Positions 61,107 to 64,000 of a stretch of DNA of 64,000 nucleotides are shown here, one piece after another; position 1 is the first letter of the stretch; each line of letters begins with the position of its first letter. Origin of the DNA: Methanomicrobiales archaeon (GTDB lineage: Archaea > Halobacteriota > Methanomicrobia > Methanomicrobiales > JACTUA01). The notes under the pieces were generated by a model. It saw nothing but the letters and a program-made list of their open reading frames with translations. It searched no databases and had not been told where the DNA came from. Location: the NCBI GenBank assembly GCA_015660865.1, contig JACTUA010000006.1, positions 87,777 through 151,776 of the forward strand, in the 5' to 3' direction. The position numbers and the translations under genes are program-made.

Positions 61107-62015
61107 CTAACCGAGGAGGGTTGCGAGGAGGGCCTTCTCGGTATGGAGCCGGTTCTCTGCCTGGTCCCAGACGATGCTCTGGGGTCCTTCCAGGACCTCG
61201 TCGGTGATCTCCTCCCCCCGGTGGGCGGGGAGGCAGTGGAGCACGATGGCATCGGGAGAGGCGAGGGAGAGGAGGCTCGCATCGATGGTGTAGCCCCGGA
61301 AGGCCGCGAGCCGCTCCGCCCGCTCTGCCTCCTCCCCCATGGAGACCCAGACGTCGGTGTAGAGGGCATCGGCATCGCGTGCGGCTTCCCGGGGATCGCC
61401 GATCACCCGGATCTTCGCCCCCGCAGCCCGTGCAGCCTCGACGATCCCACGATCCGGCCGGTAACGCGCCGGTGAGGCAACGGCGAGATCCACCCCTGCC
61501 ATGGCCGCCGCGAGGATGAGGGAGTGGCAGACGTTGTTCCCATCCCCGATCCAGGCCACCGAGAGACCGTCTGTGGAGCCGAAGTGCTCCCGGAGGGTGA
61601 GGAGGTCGCCAAGGGTCTGGCAGGGGTGCTCCCGGTCCGAGAGGCCGTTGATCACAGGGATCGTGGAGTACCGGGCGAACTCCTCAATGGTCCCGTGTTT
61701 GAAGGCACGGATCATGACGGCGGCCGCGTACCGTGACAGCACTCTCGCCGTGTCCCGGATCTCCTCGCCGCGTCCAAGCTGCAGGTCATTCGGGTTGAGG
61801 AAGATGGCATGCCCGCCGAGCTCCTCCATCCCGACCTCGAAGGAGACCCGCGTCCGGGTCGAGGCCTTCTCAAAGACCATGGCGAGGCATTTTCCTGCAA
61901 GGATGCGGCGATCGCCTGCCTCTCCCCTCGCCCGTTTCATCCGGGCCGCACTGTCGAGGAGGAGGGTGAGGTCATGGGGATCGGCATCCAGCACCGAGAT
62001 AAAGTCTCTTCTCAT
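61107..62015 (-). CDS. argF: Ornithine carbamoyltransferase
   Basis: 302 aa with the motifs STRTR, HPCQ, DVWVSMG and [10 protein letters not shown]. Confidence 0.9.
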   Translation of the reverse strand: MRRDFISVLDADPHDLTLLLDSAARMKRARGEAGDRRILAGKCLAMVFEKASTRTRVSFEVGMEELGGHAIFLNPNDLQLGRGEEIRDTARVLSRYAAAVMIRAFKHGTIEEFARYSTIPVINGLSDREHPCQTLGDLLTLREHFGSTDGLSVAWIGDGNNVCHSLILAAAMAGVDLAVASPARYRPDRGIVEAARAAGAKIRVIGDPREAARDADALYTDVWVSMGEEAERAERLAAFRGYTIDASLLSLASPDAIVLHCLPAHRGEEITDEVLEGPQSIVWDQAENRLHTEKALLATLLG

Positions 62016-63304
62016 CGGATGGCCTCCATGTGGGCAGAGCGTCTTGCAAGGAGTTCCCGGGTGCCGATGTCCCGGCGGTGGTACACCCGGCCCTTCACCG
62101 AGGCGGCGGCACCCTCTGCCATCCCCTCCGCCAGCTCAAGGGTATCGGCGATGCCGACGAAAGCGAGGGTTCGGGAGGTCTGGGTTGCAAGCGACCCGTC
62201 CCGCTCCTCGACGTTTGCGTAATAGAGTCGCGCCATGCCAGTATCGCCCACGGCGATGGATTCGCCGCTCCGGGGCCTCTCGGGATAGCCCTCGGGGACC
62301 ACATACTTGCACACCGTCGCCTTCTTCCCGAACCCGGCCTTCGCCCCGGAGAGTGTGCCCTCGACGATACTGCAGACCACGTCCGCGAGGCTTGTCGTCA
62401 TGATCGGGAGGACGTTCATCGCCTCGGGGTCCCCGAACCGGGCATTGAACTCCACCACCCGGGGGCCCTCCCTCGTGTTCATGAACTGGCCGTAGAGGAT
62501 CCCCCGGTAGGGGAAGCCGTCCCTCGCTAGGGCACGGATCGCATCTTCCATGATCCGGAGGGCCTTCTGGTAGTCCTCCTCCGAGACGAAAGGCAGGCGG
62601 TGATCGGGCATGGAGTAGGAGCCCATCCCCCCGGTATTCGGGCCGGTATCCCCCTCAAAGGCCCGTTTATGGTCCTGGACAAGGGGGGCGGGGACCAGGT
62701 GGGAACCGTCCACAAAGGCCTGGAGGGTGAACTCCTCGCCGATGAGCCGCTCTTCCAGCACGACGTTCCCCGAGAGGGATCTCACGTACGCGATCGCCCC
62801 ATTCCGGTCGACCTGCTCTCCCATGACCCTGACCCCTTTCCCTCCCGTGAGACCGATGGGCTTCACCGCGAGGTCCCCGTCGGATTCCTCGATAAAGGCA
62901 ACCGCCTCACCGGTATCGTGGAAGACCCGGTATCTCGGGCACCCGGCTATGCCATGGGCTGCCATCATGTCCCGGCAGAAGGCCTTGTCGGTCTCCAGGC
63001 GTGCTGCAGCCCGGGTCGGGCCGGCACACGGTATCCCTGACTCCTCCAGGAGATCGACGATCCCGGCCTCCAGGGGTGCTTCAGGGCCGACGATGGCATA
63101 GTCCACCCCTTCCTTGACCGCGAAGTCCCGGACCTTCTTCGCGTCGGTCTCTCTCCCGAGGAGGATGCCCTTTGCCACCCGGGCGATGCCAGGGTTCTTC
63201 CTGGCCATAAAGGCGTAGAGGGAGACCTCCCCCTCCCGGGTGATCGCCTCTGCCATGGCATGCTCCCTTCCCCCGCTTCCGACCAGGAGGATCTTCATCA
63301 CCAT
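62012..63304 (-). CDS. purD: Phosphoribosylamine-glycine ligase
   Basis: 430 aa with [17 protein letters not shown]-grasp core and [11 protein letters not shown]. The stop overlaps the argF start (ATGA-type). Confidence 0.95.
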   Translation of the reverse strand: MVMKILLVGSGGREHAMAEAITREGEVSLYAFMARKNPGIARVAKGILLGRETDAKKVRDFAVKEGVDYAIVGPEAPLEAGIVDLLEESGIPCAGPTRAAARLETDKAFCRDMMAAHGIAGCPRYRVFHDTGEAVAFIEESDGDLAVKPIGLTGGKGVRVMGEQVDRNGAIAYVRSLSGNVVLEERLIGEEFTLQAFVDGSHLVPAPLVQDHKRAFEGDTGPNTGGMGSYSMPDHRLPFVSEEDYQKALRIMEDAIRALARDGFPYRGILYGQFMNTREGPRVVEFNARFGDPEAMNVLPIMTTSLADVVCSIVEGTLSGAKAGFGKKATVCKYVVPEGYPERPRSGESIAVGDTGMARLYYANVEERDGSLATQTSRTLAFVGIADTLELAEGMAEGAAASVKGRVYHRRDIGTRELLARRSAHMEAIR

Positions 63305-63329
63305 CGTATCGTCCTCGCTTTTTAAAAGG

Positions 63330-63845
63330 TTAGTCCTCGCCCAGGAGCTCTTTTAACGTGACGAGGGCGATGAGGTTCACTCCCTCGGCTGCAAGGGATC
63401 CCGCCGCCCCCTCCTCCCTGTCCACGATCGTGATCACCGTCTCCACCTTCGCCCCGGCCTCCCTGAGGATTCTCACCGCCGAGAGGACCGAGCCGCCGGC
63501 GGTGGTGACGTCCTCCACGAGGAGCGTCGGGAGCCCAGCCACCTCGCCGATGATCCTGCCCCCGGTCCCATGCCCCTTCTCCTCCCTTCTCACGATGGCA
63601 TAGGGCTTCCCCGCCGCGAGGGACACCGCGACCGCGATGGGAATTCCACCGACGGCGACCCCGGCCACCGTCTCGAAGCTGCACCGCCCGGCGATCTCGA
63701 GGGCGATGGCCGAGAGTACCCCGGGATCGGTCAGGGCAGACTTTATATCGACGTATACATTCGACCGGATGCCGGAGGCGAGGAGGAAATCCCCGCGCCG
63801 GACCGCCCCGTGTACCGCGAGGAGGCTCGCGAGGATCTTCACCAT
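63330..63845 (-). CDS. pyrE: Orotate phosphoribosyltransferase
   Basis: The start is placed at ATG 63845 (MVKILASLL...). The PRPP-binding motif [12 protein letters not shown] and the sequence [15 protein letters not shown] are present. Confidence 0.9.
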   Translation of the reverse strand: MVKILASLLAVHGAVRRGDFLLASGIRSNVYVDIKSALTDPGVLSAIALEIAGRCSFETVAGVAVGGIPIAVAVSLAAGKPYAIVRREEKGHGTGGRIIGEVAGLPTLLVEDVTTAGGSVLSAVRILREAGAKVETVITIVDREEGAAGSLAAEGVNLIALVTLKELLGED

Positions 63846-64000
63846 GGGACCCGCTTCACCCCCATACGGTGCCCCGCGATATTCGTGACCCGGTGAAGAA
63901 CGGGCGTGAGCACCAGGATCCAGATGAGGACGGGGAGGGTGATATTCTGGAGGAGCCACCAGGGTGCGAGGAGGGCCGTGAGGAGAAAGGCCCCGGCGAC
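63839..64000 (-). CDS. 3' end of a membrane-protein CDS that starts beyond the window
   Basis: The minus-strand frame is open from 64000 and reads [53 protein letters not shown]. The stop overlaps the pyrE start (ATGGTGA). Confidence 0.3.
   Translation of the reverse strand, partial: VAGAFLLTALLAPWWLLQNITLPVLIWILVLTPVLHRVTNIAGHRMGVKRVPW

Overview
This is a high-GC (hand-sampled lines run about two-thirds G+C) archaeal chromosome segment, and its gene content points to a methanogen of the Methanomicrobiales type. That content includes archaeal-type ThrRS, GGGP synthase, family-B DNA polymerase, a complete cdhABCDE CO dehydrogenase/acetyl-CoA synthase operon and a putative methanogenesis marker protein. 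Most of the window is tightly packed housekeeping operons, many joined by 4-8 nt start/stop overlaps. They are: a phosphate uptake locus (AbrB-PhoU regulator, pstS, fused pstCA, pstB, phoU); pyrD-pyrK; cdhABCDE followed by a corrinoid protein, DUF166, a RACo-like activator and cooC; purB, an asnB-like gene, gatCAB and topA; and thrS, argF, purD and pyrE. The clear accessory region is about 19.8-24.1 kb, directly downstream of polB on the minus strand. There the last ~82 nt of polB recur three more times, in the same orientation and still in frame with a stop codon. These copies bracket three cassette-sized inserts of lower G+C, two of which carry orphan membrane proteins. Just beyond them lies a strongly AT-rich orphan ORF whose C-terminus looks like a nucleoside 2-deoxyribosyltransferase/TIR-like Rossmann domain, making it a candidate stand-alone defence gene. 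No integrase is visible in the island. Other non-genic structure includes a ~212-bp element family with terminal inverted repeats (two copies), a related 45-bp double-hairpin module (two tandem copies plus one embedded copy), a 28-bp tandem hairpin array, and an identical 15-nt alternating-AT tract in two divergent promoter regions. All functional calls come from motif recognition by eye. No database search was run.
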